Assembly: GCA_043228905.1 (NCBI GenBank)
Contig: JBHGNT010000010.1
Location: forward strand, 14,074,001 to 14,138,000
Origin: Azolla caroliniana
Taxonomy: Eukaryota > Plantae > Polypodiophyta
Reading direction: 5' to 3'
DNA length: 64,000 bases
Part shown: positions 24,401 to 37,246 of the stretch, piece after piece
How positions within the stretch are numbered: the first letter of the stretch is position 1
Layout: each line of letters starts with the position of its first letter
Made by a program: the position numbers and the translations under genes
The notes under the pieces: model-generated
What the model was told of the DNA's origin: nothing
Databases searched by the model: none
What the model saw: the letters and a program-made list of their open reading frames with translations, nothing else

Positions 24401-27079
24401 GCTGACACGCGCTTGTTTGGTGCGAGGGTTATAGCACTTATAACCCTTCTGCTCGTCCGAGTAACCGACCAAGATGCACTTCTCGGCCTTTGCGTCCAGC
24501 TTCCTCCTTTTCTCCTTCGGTACATGCACATACGCAATGCTACCGAACACCCTCAAGTGTCGCAAGTTCGGCTTCGTTCCGAAATATAGCTCGTGCGCTG
24601 ACACTTTGTCTCCGATCCGGTTTTGGATGTATACCGCGGTCCTTACCGCCTCGGCCCAGTAGAACTTGGGCAAGCTCTTCTCCTCCAGCATTGCCCGTGC
24701 CGCTTCCACAATCGACCGATTCTTTCTCTCGGCCACGCCGTTCTGCTCTGGCGTGTATCTACAACTGAATTCGCGGCGAATTCCCATTTGTTGTAGATAA
24801 CCGTTGAATTGACCGGAAAAGTACTCTTTCCCACCATCCGACCGCAGACACTTGATCTTCCGTCCCGTTTCGGATTCCACGAACCCTTTGAGGTCCCGGA
24901 AACAGTCGAAGACTTCGCTCTTCCTCTCAATGAGGTAGATCCACGTGTGCCGCGTGTGGTCGTCGATGAAGGAGACGAAATATCGGCTCCCGCCAAGACT
25001 AACGTTTTGTGTCGGCCCCCATACATCGGAGTGTATAAGGTCGAGCTTATTCCGGCTCCGGTTTCGCTCGTTGGGGAAGGGAAGTCGGTGTTGCTTCCCG
25101 AGCTGGCAGGCTTCACAAATTTGTGCCTTTCGGCCACTAAATTTGGGCAATCCGAACACTACCTGTTTCGATTGCAGATCTTGAAGCCGTTGGTAGTTGA
25201 CGTGGCCTATCCGCTTGTGCCACAAGTCGATGTCCGACTCGGTCTTTTGTCCCTTCGTGAACATTGCGGTGCCGCCGTCAGTGGAGTCGAGGATGAACAT
25301 CCTCCCGTCTCTGCGCCCTTGCGCAATCACACGGCCTTCTTCCTCAATGAAGCACCCGAGGTGTGTAAACCAAACCTCCATCCCTTGGTCGACGATCTGT
25401 CCGACCGAGACCAAGTTCTTCGTGATTGTCGGAACGTGCAGCACGTTCATGAGTTTCCCTTTCTGCCCGACATGGCTAAGGGGAACTTCTCCGACATTCG
25501 CGATCGGATGCGGAGTGTCGTCTCCTGTTGCGACTACTCCCGGTTGTATCGGTTTTTCAAGGTACGAGAACCACTCCTTATGGATCGTCATGTGGTTTGA
25601 CGCGCCGGAGTCTATGTACCACACCTCGTCCGATCTCGGGGTGCTCTCTTTCATTGAGTTTGCTTCGTGTCTCGTCACGAAGACAGACCCTTCTCCGGCT
25701 CTCCCGGAGTCTTCAGCGTAGTGCGATTGCTGCCGATTTCCCTTGTCGGTATGTCTGGAGCCGTTCCCGGAACCAGTTCTCTCCGAATCGGCGTGCTTCT
25801 TCCAGCACTCACTTTCCCTGTGGCCTTTCTTGCCACAGTACCAGCACTCCGCGATGTACTTCCCTTGCTGGTTCTCATCGCTTCGACTCCCCCTGTTTCC
25901 GGAGGGTCCAGAGTTGCTGTCGGCATCACTTCGGTGCCTTCTTTCTTGATCTCGTCGGCCGCCTCCATTGCGTGCCGACTCGCCTCGTCCTCCACGTCCA
26001 CGGGGCCTATCTCCCTCCGTGTACAGCATTCTGTTGTTGGTGTGCGTGCTTGTAGACGCACCTGCATGGTTCTCCTCTACCAGGAGCATCGACTGTAAGT
26101 CGAAAAAGGACGGCGTATTCTCCCGGGTACACACAGCCGTTCGGAACGCTCCGAACTTTGACGCCAAACCTCCGAGACAGATCTGGACCATCTCGCTCTC
26201 CTCAATGTTCACCTCTATGGAGGCGAGGGAGTCGCAGATATCCTTGATCTTCGAGGTATAGTCCGCCACCGACAAGTCGCGTTGTCGTAGGTTGCTCAAC
26301 TCCTGTCGGAGCTGAAGCTTCCTGGCTGTGGTGCTCGCGGCAAAAATCTTCTTCAGATTTTCCCACCCACCCTTTGGCGTCTTTGCATCCCGAACATAGC
26401 TCAATAGTTGTTCGCCCACACACGACACGAAGCAGTATAGTACCCTGCTCACTGATTGCTCCCACGACGGGAAGTCTCTGTGTGTCGATTCGGGTGCCGC
26501 GTCATTAGCTCCTTCGACATAAATCCAGTAGCCGTGGCCGAGCAAGTACTGGTGCATCTTGTAGGACCAAGACGCGTAGTTGGTTCTGTCGAGCTTCTCT
26601 GTTGGAAGCGAGCTCGCCATGCCTCTATCCATCGTTCTTCTTGTTCTTCTTCGTCAAGCTGTGTCGGCTGCAGAGAGGTTCTCAACCCTCGCGCTCTGAT
26701 ACCATGTAGAAAGTAGTGTGCGGAAGCAGGTATGAAGACAGAACAGAGGAAGGAAACACAGGTTTAATGGACAGTATACGCGGGAGAGACAGAGAGAGAA
26801 AAACAAAAGAACTATATTTCACAATAATACTCAATCTCTATGTATATAAGACGTGCTCAGTGAGCACTTTTATACAAGTCCTAAAAGGACTGACCGAAGT
26901 ACTGACAGTACTTCAATGCTCATCAAGAGCTCCTACACTAACTCCCAAATATATTCCTCACGGAATATCTTTCCTAACGGCCTCCCGGTGTACGCACTCG
27001 GCCTAACCGATCGGTCCCAACCGATCTGGTCCTCGGCTTCTTCAGCCGATCCGGCCGATGTTGAGCTTGTCTCTCAACA
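21435..27079 (-). mobile_element. Full-length Ty1/copia (Copia-C) nested in Copia-A; LTRs 26705-27079 (5') and 21435-21824 (3'); TSD GGAAG
   Basis: TSD at 21430-21434 and 27080-27084; PBS TGGTATCAGAGCGC (tRNA-iMet) at 26691-26704; PPT at 21825-21835; LTRs nearly identical apart from a 15-bp indel and a few SNPs. Confidence 0.96.
22499..26632 (-). CDS. Copia-C Gag-Pol polyprotein (premature stop in RNase H at KHIEVH*)
   Basis: 1377-aa ORF with CWYCGKKGHRESEC, YIDSGAS, HSDVWGP, SDGGKEY, YVDDLV, YCDNLS; frame resumes after the stop (...ADIFTKPLG...) to 22046. Confidence 0.93.
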   Translation of the reverse strand: MDRGMASSLPTEKLDRTNYASWSYKMHQYLLGHGYWIYVEGANDAAPESTHRDFPSWEQSVSRVLYCFVSCVGEQLLSYVRDAKTPKGGWENLKKIFAASTTARKLQLRQELSNLRQRDLSVADYTSKIKDICDSLASIEVNIEESEMVQICLGGLASKFGAFRTAVCTRENTPSFFDLQSMLLVEENHAGASTSTHTNNRMLYTEGDRPRGRGGRGESARNGGGRRDQERRHRSDADSNSGPSGNRGSRSDENQQGKYIAECWYCGKKGHRESECWKKHADSERTGSGNGSRHTDKGNRQQSHYAEDSGRAGEGSVFVTRHEANSMKESTPRSDEVWYIDSGASNHMTIHKEWFSYLEKPIQPGVVATGDDTPHPIANVGEVPLSHVGQKGKLMNVLHVPTITKNLVSVGQIVDQGMEVWFTHLGCFIEEEGRVIAQGRRDGRMFILDSTDGGTAMFTKGQKTESDIDLWHKRIGHVNYQRLQDLQSKQVVFGLPKFSGRKAQICEACQLGKQHRLPFPNERNRSRNKLDLIHSDVWGPTQNVSLGGSRYFVSFIDDHTRHTWIYLIERKSEVFDCFRDLKGFVESETGRKIKCLRSDGGKEYFSGQFNGYLQQMGIRREFSCRYTPEQNGVAERKNRSIVEAARAMLEEKSLPKFYWAEAVRTAVYIQNRIGDKVSAHELYFGTKPNLRHLRVFGSIAYVHVPKEKRRKLDAKAEKCILVGYSDEQKGYKCYNPRTKQARVSGGVVFDESPSWYLLSPRNPDSNTRPDDEVSEAEMPPDEPEIETREESPISLRLSGPIGRLSRYDQSDEEPASSGDSAVHSPRRKPRRRLTCKEKGKKKVSDSGMERNESDRCESDSEGTGDGSLKVKTASTEKASTSANVRLRRSTRQKNPVVRFRYIEYMAHHYAYMTRVAEVREPESYAEAAKDVNWRAAMEEEMHALAENETWDLVDAPKGVKPIGCKWVYKVKYNTDGSVNRYKARLVAKGYAQKHDIDYDETFAPVAKMATVRVLLAVAAVKGWHLHQMDVKNAFLQGDLEEQVYMVQPPGFHSGTNSSAVCRLKKSLYGLKQAPRAWNAKITQQLRRMGFVTSKSDSSLFIRKGRLGPVSILLYVDDLVITGVDLGEIDCVKLQLAASFDMKDLGDLHYFLGIEVIRTPEGILISQCNYVLSMLFKLGMADCKSVSTPLDRTVKLRPDTGKVCDPTRFRQIVGSLIYLTITRPDLSYPVGVISQFMARPTEEHLQCAQRILRYVNGTKDRGLLYRTGATAQLVGYTDADWAGNAADHRSTFGYAFSLGSAAIAWSSKKQPTIALSSTEAEYRGAAVVTCEAIWLKRLLKDLQEEVSDPMTIYCDNLSSIQLAKNAVFHASTKHIEVH

Positions 27080-27352
27080 GGAAGCTCCCCCTTCTTCCGA
27101 AGGTTCCTCGATGGCTTCCGTTTTGTTGCCGAAATTGGGAGTTGTTGTCGTAAGTTAGACCTCGTCCGCCTCATCCTTGGGCGAATCGGCCTCTTGCTCG
27201 GCTGCATCCTCTTCCTCCATCCGAATGCGTGTAGAGCATGTGGCCTTCCGAGGCGTTGCTCCTTGTTCGAACATGATTCTCTTCAACCAATAACATAGAT
27301 TGAAGATCGAAGGAGGGTGGATTCTCCCGTGCTAGTACGGCGGTCCGCATCG
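27080..27352 (-). pseudogene. Copia-A gag remnant
   Basis: RTAVLARENPPSFDLQSMLLVEENH is homologous to Copia-C gag; truncated by the low-complexity tract. Confidence 0.8.
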
Positions 27353-29750
27353 TTGTAGGCATATGTACGTGTATACGTGTAGCAATTTATGAATGTATAT
27401 ATGTTTGTCCATGTATGAATGCACATATGTATATGCATATGTAATGTATGTGATGTATGCAATGTGTGTATGTATGAATGTGTGTATGTATACTATGTGT
27501 ATGCATATATACATATGCCAATGTATATGATTCAATGTGTATGGATATGTGATTGTAATATGTGCATAATATATATGTATATATCTAATGTATGTATACA
27601 TGTACTATTGTTGTGTATTAGGAATATATGTATGTATATATGTGTATGTATGGATGGATGGATGTGTATGGATGTATGTTTGTAAAATTTATATGTGTAT
27701 CATTGTAGGCATATGTACGTATATATGTGTAGCAATGTATGAATGAATATATGTATGTCCATGCACAAATGTACGAATGTGTATGCATATGTAATGTATG
27801 TGATGTATGCAATGTGTGTATGTGTGTATGTCTGTATGCATATATACATATGTCAATATATATGATTCAAAGTGTATGGATGTGTGATTGTAATATGTCC
27901 ACAATATCCATGTATATAGCTAATGTATGTATGTGTATGTATATATGCACTATTGTAGTGTGTATGATTGTGTGTGTGTGTGTATGCGATGTTATCTATG
28001 TACATATGTAATGTATGTATGTATGTGTATGTAATATACATATGCAATGTATGTATGTATGTATATGCATATATGCATGTATGCATGTATGTGTATGTGT
28101 ATGTGTATGCATGCATGCATGTATGTATGTATGTAATATACATATGCAACGTATGTATATATGTGTATGGATGTATGTTTGTAAAATTTATATGTGTAAC
28201 ATTGTAGGCATATGTACGTATATACATGTAGTAACGTATAAATGAATATATGCATGTACATGTATGAATGTACTTATGTGTATATATGCAATAGGTAATG
28301 TATTTATGTATGTATAATTTCGGGGTATTTTCGTGTTTAGTATTTGTATGGCTCATATAAGGATGTATGTTTGTAATATGTACGTAATATGTATGCATAA
28401 ATCCAATGTATGTGTGTATGTATATTGTATGACCCCGTATGACCTATACATATATATGGTGATATGTGGAATATGTATGTACATATGTAATGTATGTATG
28501 TGTATGCATATGTCAATGCACATGATTCAATGAGCATGGATGTGTGTTCGTAATATGTATGTGTATGTATATGGTGATATGTATGAAATGGTTGTTTCCC
28601 CTGCCAATCGCATAGAGGTTTAAAATCTAGTAAATTGTTTATACTAATGACAAGCTATCTTTTATAAAATATAAAATAAAAAATGTATATGGTGATATCA
28701 TATATGTAAGTACATGTATGAATGCATATATGTGTATATATGTAATGTATTTATGTATGTATATTTTCAAGATATTTTCATGTTTAGTATGTGTATGGCT
28801 CATATAGGGATGGATGTATGTTTGTAATATGTAGGTAATGCATGTATATATCCGATGTATGTGTAAGTATACATATATCTAATGTGTGTGTATGTATGTA
28901 AGTATTGTAGTTTGTATGACCCCGTATAACCTATATATATGGTGATATGTGGAATATGTATGTACATATGTAATAAATATATCTATGTAATGTATGTATG
29001 TATGTGTAAGTAAATTTGTATATTGTGTAATATGTATGGATTACCTCTCTCAATCAGCAATTAGTTGTTTTATCCTATGTACTTTTTCTTAACTAATGGA
29101 AGTCGAATTTTTTTGTAAAAAAGAAAGAAAGAAAGAAAGTATGGATTACATGATATGTAATATCTAATTTATTTATGTGTGTGTGTTGTGTGTATGTGTG
29201 CGTGTGTGCATGTGTATATATATGTAATATATGTAGCTTGTTTTAACTTGTATGTATGAAGATTTGTAAAACATAATATGTAATTTTATGTATTAATATA
29301 TATTTATTTTTTTTATATTTATGTGTATATATATAATATGTAATTTATTTATGTATATTTTTTGTGTTTGGTATGTATATATGCATTTGTATATAATTGT
29401 GTGTATAATGATATATCTATGGTATATGTCACATATAAAATATGTTTGTAAGAATGTTTAGTATATATGTATTATGTAATTTTTATGTATTTATTGTATA
29501 TATATGTTACTGTATGTATGTCAATATATATGGCTGATCATACATACATACATACATACATACATACATAAATACATAAATACATATACATACACACACA
29601 CATATGGATGTATAAATGGGTGTAATGTATGTATATACATATTAATGGATGTAATGTTTGAATGTAGGTATATATGCATGCATGCATATATATGTATCTA
29701 TCTATCTATCTATCTATACAAGAATGTATGTATATATGCTACTCCAAATT
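27353..29750. repeat. AT-rich (TATG/TGTA/TA)n low-complexity tract with higher-order duplications
   Basis: Degenerate microsatellite; TTGTAGGCATATGTACGT recurs at about 27353, 27703 and 28202; ~28260-28500 resembles ~28710-28990. Confidence 0.9.
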
Positions 29751-30251
29751 TTTGAGTATTGTTTACATAATATATTCTTTACTATCTCATTGAAATATCT
29801 AATATTTCATGGGCTTATGTAATTTTTTTCTCCAACATAATTGATAATACCCTTATGTAAATATATTTTAAAATATTTATTAATACCCTTATATATATAC
29901 ATTCTGTACCTCAATGCCTAATTTAAACCCCTTTTGATGAACTCACGTGCTATCATACAAGTTTTAACAGTGAAGCCCCCGGGCTCTAGACACGCCGAGC
30001 GCATACCCCCTACTATTGGGAAGACCATGGTTGCGCTCGGTAGCTTTCGTCGCAGCCGAACCAAAATTCGGGTGCCAACTCAGAAAAGTGCACCAACAAC
30101 GAAAGAGTTGACCCCGTTATATGTGGAGGAAATTCACATGTTAAAAGGCCTAGACGATAAAGAGGTGGATAATTACCTCGAAGAAAACCCGCGGATCGTA
30201 CCCCTATTCAAAATCGATGTTATTGAAACAGTTGACACGTACACGAAATCT

Positions 30252-30712
30252 ACGAGGGTAAACTCCCCCTGTTGGAGCCATTGTCGTTAGTATGGATCTT
30301 TACGAGGGTAAACTCCCCTGTCATCCAGTTTCTCCCTCAACTAGTGATACCTCCTTTGTATATGCTTGGTTCGGGAGTGGTAAGCAGCGTTCTTGGCTAG
30401 ATGTATGGTACTCTGATTATCCCAGTGGCGTAGGAATTGTCTTGTTTCATTCCTAGTTCACTACGGAAATTCTTCATCCAAATCATTTCTTCCCTAGCCT
30501 CTACCGTTGCCATATATTCTGCCTCTGTGGTTGACAAGGCCACAAACTTCTACAGTCGTGACTGCCACGACATTGCTCCCCCTGCATAGGTCATCACATG
30601 TCCTTATGTGGATCAGCTTGAGTCTGTGTCCCGCGACATGTCCGAATCGGTAAATCCTTCGAGCACAGATTTTTCGACTCCGAACCTAAGGCATACCCTT
30701 GAGGTGCCTTTT
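30252..30712 (-). pseudogene. Copia RNase H fragment (Tork-like)
   Basis: GFTDSDM, YAGGAMSWQSRL, STTEAEY, GEFTLVKIHT; homologous to the Copia-1 3' end. Confidence 0.8.
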
Positions 30713-32656
30713 AACTTTGTGGAACTTACACAATACCTAAACGTATTACTTCATTAGCGTAATTGATTAATGCTCTACTCATCAAAGCACATCAAGAGAC
30801 ATTGCCCTCAAATAGTCACTGCAAGAGTGCAATCATTTAAAGTGGGGAAGTATATTATATGCATAACCATAACTAATCATGAGATAGGTTTTTCGTAGTT
30901 TTCCCTAATCTTTCAAGGAGTGTGTTCTTGTTAATTCTAAATGGAATGAAGGTATGAATGTAATATTCAATTCTACACCTTGAGATAACTATTACATGTG
31001 TTATCACTTGACCACTTCACATAAAGTAGCCAAGTGTGAACACATTAGGTCCTATGGTTTCATCCTATAAAAGGAGGCGACCTACCTTCTTATTGAGGGT
31101 AGGCTCGACTTATGTTGAGATTATGTCAGTGTGGTTATGGCTCTTGTTACCTAAGCACATGTGATCCTTTGAAACTAAATGTACGACTCGCATCAACCAT
31201 TCATTGTATGGAACATCAAGGAGGTTCCAGTGCGTCTCACGCCATTAGGAGGTGGTCGGATGGTTTTGCCCACCTCTTTCCTTTCTTTTGTCTTAACTTA
31301 ATTAGTTAGACTCAAACCAAACAAAGTGCTTTCCTTTGCTCTCTTATCTTCAGGGGCCAATTCTTATCTCATGGATCAAAAATTTTCCTTGAAATAAATA
31401 ACTCTAGCCAATAAAGCAAAAAGCTTAAAAAAACCATCAAATCATAATCATAAATCATGTGGGACTATTGAGGGACATGGACGTGCATAGAAATGGGAAT
31501 GAATTAGTTTAATTATTCCCAACATGTAGATTATAATATTTTCCTTGGAGATTAAATAGGACGAATGGGATCACCAATATATGTTGGTCCGAATCGGTAA
31601 ATAATGTAGATGGCGAACATAGTGATCTAGCCAGTTTACCAATGTAGTCTGCTTGTTCAAGAAAAAGACAGTTTTGGATTTTAGTATACCGTATGGAATA
31701 AAAATGTGTGATGTGGCAAATCTCTTCCAAGTTTTCATAAATTAACATTTTAAAAAAGTCTCATTCATAAATAAAACTATTTTCTTGCTTGGTTTTAGGA
31801 ACTCTACTAGTTTTTGCACTAAGGAATGATCATTGTTGCTCCCATTTGCATTTAGAGATCCTTGACATTATAAAGTTGGTGCGATCAAGCTTGGTCTACT
31901 CATTTTGTTCCACCTCAAAATCTATCATTGGTTTTTGTATCCTTCTGTGCTACATTACAAACATAGATTTTTTAGGCTTGTTGCTTCCCCTCAATTAATT
32001 TTTGTTGTGCCTTGGGTCCTTCGACATCTTTTTGAGGTCATTTCTCATAACCAATGAAGTGCCCAGATTTCTACCTACCCCTTTTTTAATAGGATCCCCA
32101 AACTTGGTCCTGGATGTTATCAAATTCTTCTCTGAATAAGTGCCCAGATTTCTATCTACCCCCCTTTACATAGGATCCCCAAACTTGGACCTGGCTGTTA
32201 TCAAATTATGATTGGTTTCACATATGCGAAAACATTCCAATTTTTTTCTTCCGTTGATACTTATAGCCCAAGGCTCTTTAAATCTTTCGCGGGCTAATAT
32301 GACCCCAAACAAACTAATCTCCAAATTGCAAACGAGTAATGGGCCTTGAGGATAATGGAAAATATGTTCGCAAACAGATTATCATTATGCCTGATTACAA
32401 TGTTAAGCTAAGCATCTACCTTTGGTTCAATAATAGAAATTTACATGACCTGTTCAAGGCAGGGAGACAATGTGTATATATGGACAAAATCATCTCCTCA
32501 CTTACATGGCACCATCCATTTCAATGTTCAAATTCTTGGCCATCATGGCGGGAAGCACATAACCATCTGATGTCATACCATCATTCATATCGATCTCATC
32601 CAACTATTGCTGAGGCCATCTGCAAAAATACAACAAGATTTCCTTTAGTTGAAACC

Positions 32657-35600
32657 CTAGTTCCCAACAGGTTGTGTCACACCCTTTGCTTTTGTCGCGG
32701 TGGCAGCAGCAGAAGCCGCAGCTGCAGCAGCTGACGGAATTGATGGAGACGGAGAAGAGGATACAGAGGTAGGAATTGCTGAAACTTCAACCGGCGTCAT
32801 GGTAGGAGACATTGACTTTTTTGAGTTTGCAAGCATCTCCTTTATCTGTTTCCCAGTAAGGGTTTCATGCTCTAAGAGTGCCTTCGCCAAGAGATGCAAC
32901 TCCTCTTCATTTGTTGTCAAGATATACTTTGCATTCTCATATGCTCCTTGCACGAGATCTCGAACCTCCTTTTCTACGAGTAACCTTGTCTCAGTGCTCA
33001 TGTTGTTCCCATCATTCACGTAGTCGTGGACAACATGCCCAACAGCTTTACTCATCCCAAACTTTGTCACCATCGCTTGCGCAAGATCAGTGGCTGATTT
33101 GAAGTCCTGCGAGGCACCCGAAGTTACTTCACTCTCCCCAAAGATAATTTCTTCAGCCGCTCGACCACCCATTGCTACATTCAAGCGGGCTAGCATCTGC
33201 TTTCGGGAGAGGCTATCTTGATCTTTTTCAGGGAGTTGGGCCACCATACCAAGAGAGGACCCACGAGGAACAATAGTAGCTTTGTGTACGGGCATCGCTC
33301 CATCTGTATGGAATGCAACAAGAGCGTGTCCACCTTCGTGATAAGCTGTAAGTTTTCTAGACTCCTCTGATATGACTGCTGACTTTCTCTCACTGCCCAT
33401 CATAATTCTATCTTTCGCATATTCCAGCTCCACCATGCCAACTGACTTCAGACCATCCATGGCTGCCCTTAATGCAGCCACATTTATAAGGTTTGCAAGA
33501 TCAGCTCCTGAGAATCCAGGTGTTCCTCGAGCAATTATCATGAGATCAACGTCATCAGACTTCAGAACCTTCCATAAGCATGAAGTTGAAAAAGAACATT
33601 AGTTTAAAGTAAAACTTACAATGATAAAGGATTTCTGTCAGAGTCCGCTTACTTTGGACATGTGGTACTCCAAGATCTGGCGTCTACCCTCTACATCAGG
33701 ATTTGGTACCACTACATGTCGATCAAAGCGCCCAGGACGGATAAGTGCCTTGTCGAGAGATTCTGGAAAGTTTGTTGCTGCAATGACTATGATCCCTTCA
33801 TTCTGTTTAAACCCATCAAGTTCAACTAAAAGCTGATTCAGGGTCATCCTAACATACTGTTGATCTTTTGGGTTTCTACTTCCCCCAATAGCGTCAATTT
33901 CATCCATAAACACAATGCATGGAGATCGCTTCTTTGCTGCTGCAAAGAGATCACGAACCCTTCTAGCCCCAACACCCACAAACATCTCCTCAAACTCACT
34001 GCCACTACAATAGAAAAATGGGACTCCGGCCTCCCCTGCAATGGCACGTGCAAGCATTGTCTTGCCAGTACCTGGTGGACCGACCAGTAGAACACCCTTG
34101 GGTAGCTTTCCACCTAATGCGGTGAACCGCTGCGAATAAAATAGTAACAAGTCAAGACTGCCAGCTCATCACATTAATTATTGACAGTGATAGAAGCCAA
34201 AACCATCCTTCAATTTGATATCCTAACACAACATACCTTTGGATCTCGTAAATAGCATACAATCTCTTCTAATTCTGCCTTCGCTTCATCTACACCTTTG
34301 ACATCACTAAACTTGGTATTCGACTCTATGCTTGGTTGTGGTTCCTCACTCAAACCAAGGCCTGTTCACAAAATAAGCTCACAAATGAAGACCAATTGAG
34401 CACACGAAGTTAGCCTAGTAGTTAGAACCCTTCCCCTGTAAGGCACAGGTTGAGAGTTCTTGATTTCCACAAAGCCACATTTGATCCCACAAAAAAAAAC
34501 AAATCCAACCTTTTCCAATTCCTCGATCCTCGAAGAGGGCTCCAATTGCAGAAACCATAAGGAAGGCCAGCCCCAATGTCCGTACAGTACGCCAGAATTG
34601 TTGCTTAAAGCCCCCTTCAGAAGTAACCATATGAATGGGAGAAGAAGCACTTCCTAGAATGCCATCTTTTGTTGCTCCAATACCTCCCAGTGATGGCTGC
34701 AGAGAACCTGCAAAGGAAGCTCCCAAACCCTGTATTTGCCCTCCGCCTCGAGCTTTAGAGCCTGTGCATACGAGACAGAATGTACGAAGAAATAAATCAG
34801 AGTTGCAAACCAGAAAAAATACCAGGACTTCCAAATGTCAATGGATACCTTCTTGTATAACGGACAACAATTCAATCTTATCCAGTTTATCAGTCTTGAC
34901 TAAGGCCTTCACATATTCTGCCAAAATACCAGGACTGTACCATTGATGTGGACGACTCCTTTCAAACCACCGTATCACATATTCTGGGTCTCTTTTGTTA
35001 TATTCTTTCAGAAGTGATACTTCAGCATCATCCACATTGTCTGTCACTCGTTTCGCAAATCTGCCAATATAGCCAGAGAGAGTTCGCTGTTGCCCACCTA
35101 TAAAGAGAAACAAAATATATATCATACTGACACAAGAAATTATGAAAGATACAAGATATCAAATAAATGGGCCATTGCTAAGGAAATAAGAATTTCAAAG
35201 GAACATACTATAAGCTAAAGAGGAATTCAAAGTAATACAAGGATACACTATGAAGTAACAAATGTTACATAATAGTTCTTATGGGGGATGGTAATACACA
35301 TTGGAACAGATTTGACTTCAACGTACTCTCTTTTTTTCTCTATATATTTTCATTCTTTTGTTAAAATATGAAGCCTCACCCATTTATAACACATGTGACA
35401 GTGTCCTTTCCGTTCTTGCAACTACTGGAATATTAAGTCTCATCTCACCATCGCTCATCTAAAGACGTGAGGAATATCACTCTTATATATTTTTGTAAAA
35501 TAGGTTTTGAGATTATAGTCCTTCCATTTAAATCATCGGGGCTCATTCAAACTTCCATTTGTTTTGTTGTGTTGTCCCTAAACATGAGTTACTCTAATAT

Positions 35601-36848
35601 TCTTCGACTCACAGTAATGGCCATGACAAAATGCAAACCATGTTCTCTTTTCCTGGGTTGTGTACATCAAAAACACAGTTAACTTAGTCAGGTGCGGTGT
35701 CTTGTTACAAAGATCTTAAAGGTAAGTAAACCAAACTTCTGCAAATAAAAATTTATCTAGGTTGTCGATCTTCGAGCACCTATTCTTCAACACACCATAC
35801 TTATCATCTCCACATCCATTGTTCTCAGCAAGCATCTTCTGATTATTTCCGGGCTACCACAAAAGAAAAGTTTTACTAGTTGCATTGTGCAATCAGACTG
35901 TAGATCACAGACATACATGGGAAACTTACCATCATGGAAGTTTATAACTTTAGACAATTCTATACTAACTAAACAAATCCATTGCTCAAACGAATAACCA
36001 TGATGAGTAAATACCACCAAATCAGGTTTTTTTGGCAAGGCATAACAAACACTCTACTAACATGAGAAAAACTCAGCAAAAAAATAATTGCAAAAATAAG
36101 AACTCTGAGATCATTTCCAGCATTGAACAAGGGAAATCTTCATATGGGTTTGTAAGATCAAAGAAGAGTTGACCATACCTTCATAAATGGAATGGAAGGC
36201 ATTTTCATAGTATCGGTACCTTGCTAGATTCCCAAAGGATCTTAAAATTCCATCACTCTGTTCGTCCACAAGCAAAAGCATACACAATAAACCATGAGAC
36301 ATAAGATAAGTTTTAACTTGATTTAATGCAACATAAGGTAATCTCAAGTCAAATGGCAATATTAGCTTGATGCAGCACAGCATTAAGCTAACTGACTCAC
36401 AAAATTCAAAATAATTTAACCTTAACTTGTTCCCTACTGCAAAATACAGTGGTGTTATCTTGGTCTCTAACACAGCATAAGGTAACATCTAAACTTAGGT
36501 TGATCTCTAATGCAACATACCATAACCTTAGGTTGTTCTCTAATGCAAAAAAACATAAAGTAACCTTAGCTTCACCCTCAATGTAAACGTAAAGTAAACT
36601 TAGCTAGATCTCTAGTGCAAAGATGAGGAAACCTTAGGTTGATCTCCAAAGAAAAAAGAAGGCAACCTTAGCTTGACCTCTAGTGCCAATATAACGTAAC
36701 CTTAGTCCTTAATCTCTAATCCAAACATTCGGTAGTCGGAACCTGATCTCTAATGCGAACATAAAAGAATCGGCGAACAAACCAACAAGGCATCAACCAC
36801 ACACACACACACCTTCTTCTTCTTCTTCAGAAGCTGGGGTAGAGCCAT
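32657..36848 (-). CDS. FTSH4: Mitochondrial ATP-dependent zinc metalloprotease FtsH4 (i-AAA/YME1-like); exons 36813-36848, 36179-36257, 34849-35097, 34510-34761, 34237-34361, 33653-34129, 32657-33568 (about 709 aa)
   Basis: Walker A GPPGTGKT, Walker [25 protein letters not shown] zinc motif, [35 protein letters not shown] helix [15 protein letters not shown]; all introns GT-AG and phase-consistent; first two exons less certain. Confidence 0.93.
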
Positions 36849-36944
36849 CACGCCAGTGACCACCAAAGGAAAAAGTCAGTATCCTTCGCAACTAGAAGCG
36901 TCTGCAACGAGATAATAATGGTGGAGGAAGAAAATGAGCAAAAC

Positions 36945-37085
36945 CTGCACAGAGAAGTAAGAGTAGAATCAACCACAAAACACTAATTAATTCTCATCCA
37001 TCGCTGTTTCTTCGAAGGGGGCACTGGCAGGATCACACAGAACAGAACAGAACAGAGGAAAGAAGGAGGGACAAAGAAGCGTTAC
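36945..37085 (-). other. Probable 5'-UTR intron of FtsH4
   Basis: Minus-strand donor GG|GTAAC near 37085; pyrimidine tract and acceptor TTCTCTGTGCAG near 36945. Confidence 0.5.
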
Positions 37086-37153
37086 CCGGACGGCGGATGG
37101 GATGGGATGGGATGGGACGGGATGGGTCGGCCCTTATACATACATAATAATAA

Positions 37154-37246
37154 GGGAAAAGTACCAGGATACCCCTGGAAGTTCGACATAGCCAGGGGCA
37201 TTCTGGTAAATAGTCGAACTTCCGGGGGTATCCTGGTACTTTTCCC
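37154..37246. mobile_element. 93-bp MITE-like inverted-repeat element (Mutator- or Tourist-like) upstream of FtsH4
   Basis: About 34-bp TIRs GGGAAAAGTACCAGGATACCCCTGGAAGTTCGAC / GTCGAACTTCCGGGGGTATCCTGGTACTTTTCCC, flanked on both sides by TAATAATAA. Confidence 0.75.

Noticed and set aside
24809-26261. Long antisense ORFs over Copia-C (similar ones over the other pol genes)
   Set aside because: Shadow ORFs of GC-rich coding sequence with no recognisable motifs
27332-29755. Many His/Tyr/Cys/Met/Val-rich ORFs
   Set aside because: Translation artefacts of TATG/TGTA simple repeats
29934-30250. 118-aa ORF as a host gene
   Set aside because: No recognisable domain or splice context; probably a degraded retroelement fragment
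30252-30320. Duplicated AACTCCCCCT as a PPT/LTR boundary
   Set aside because: It is RNase H coding sequence (GEFTLVKIHT) with a short local duplication
32058-32206. ~70-bp local duplication downstream of FtsH4
   Set aside because: Ordinary short tandem duplication with no further structure
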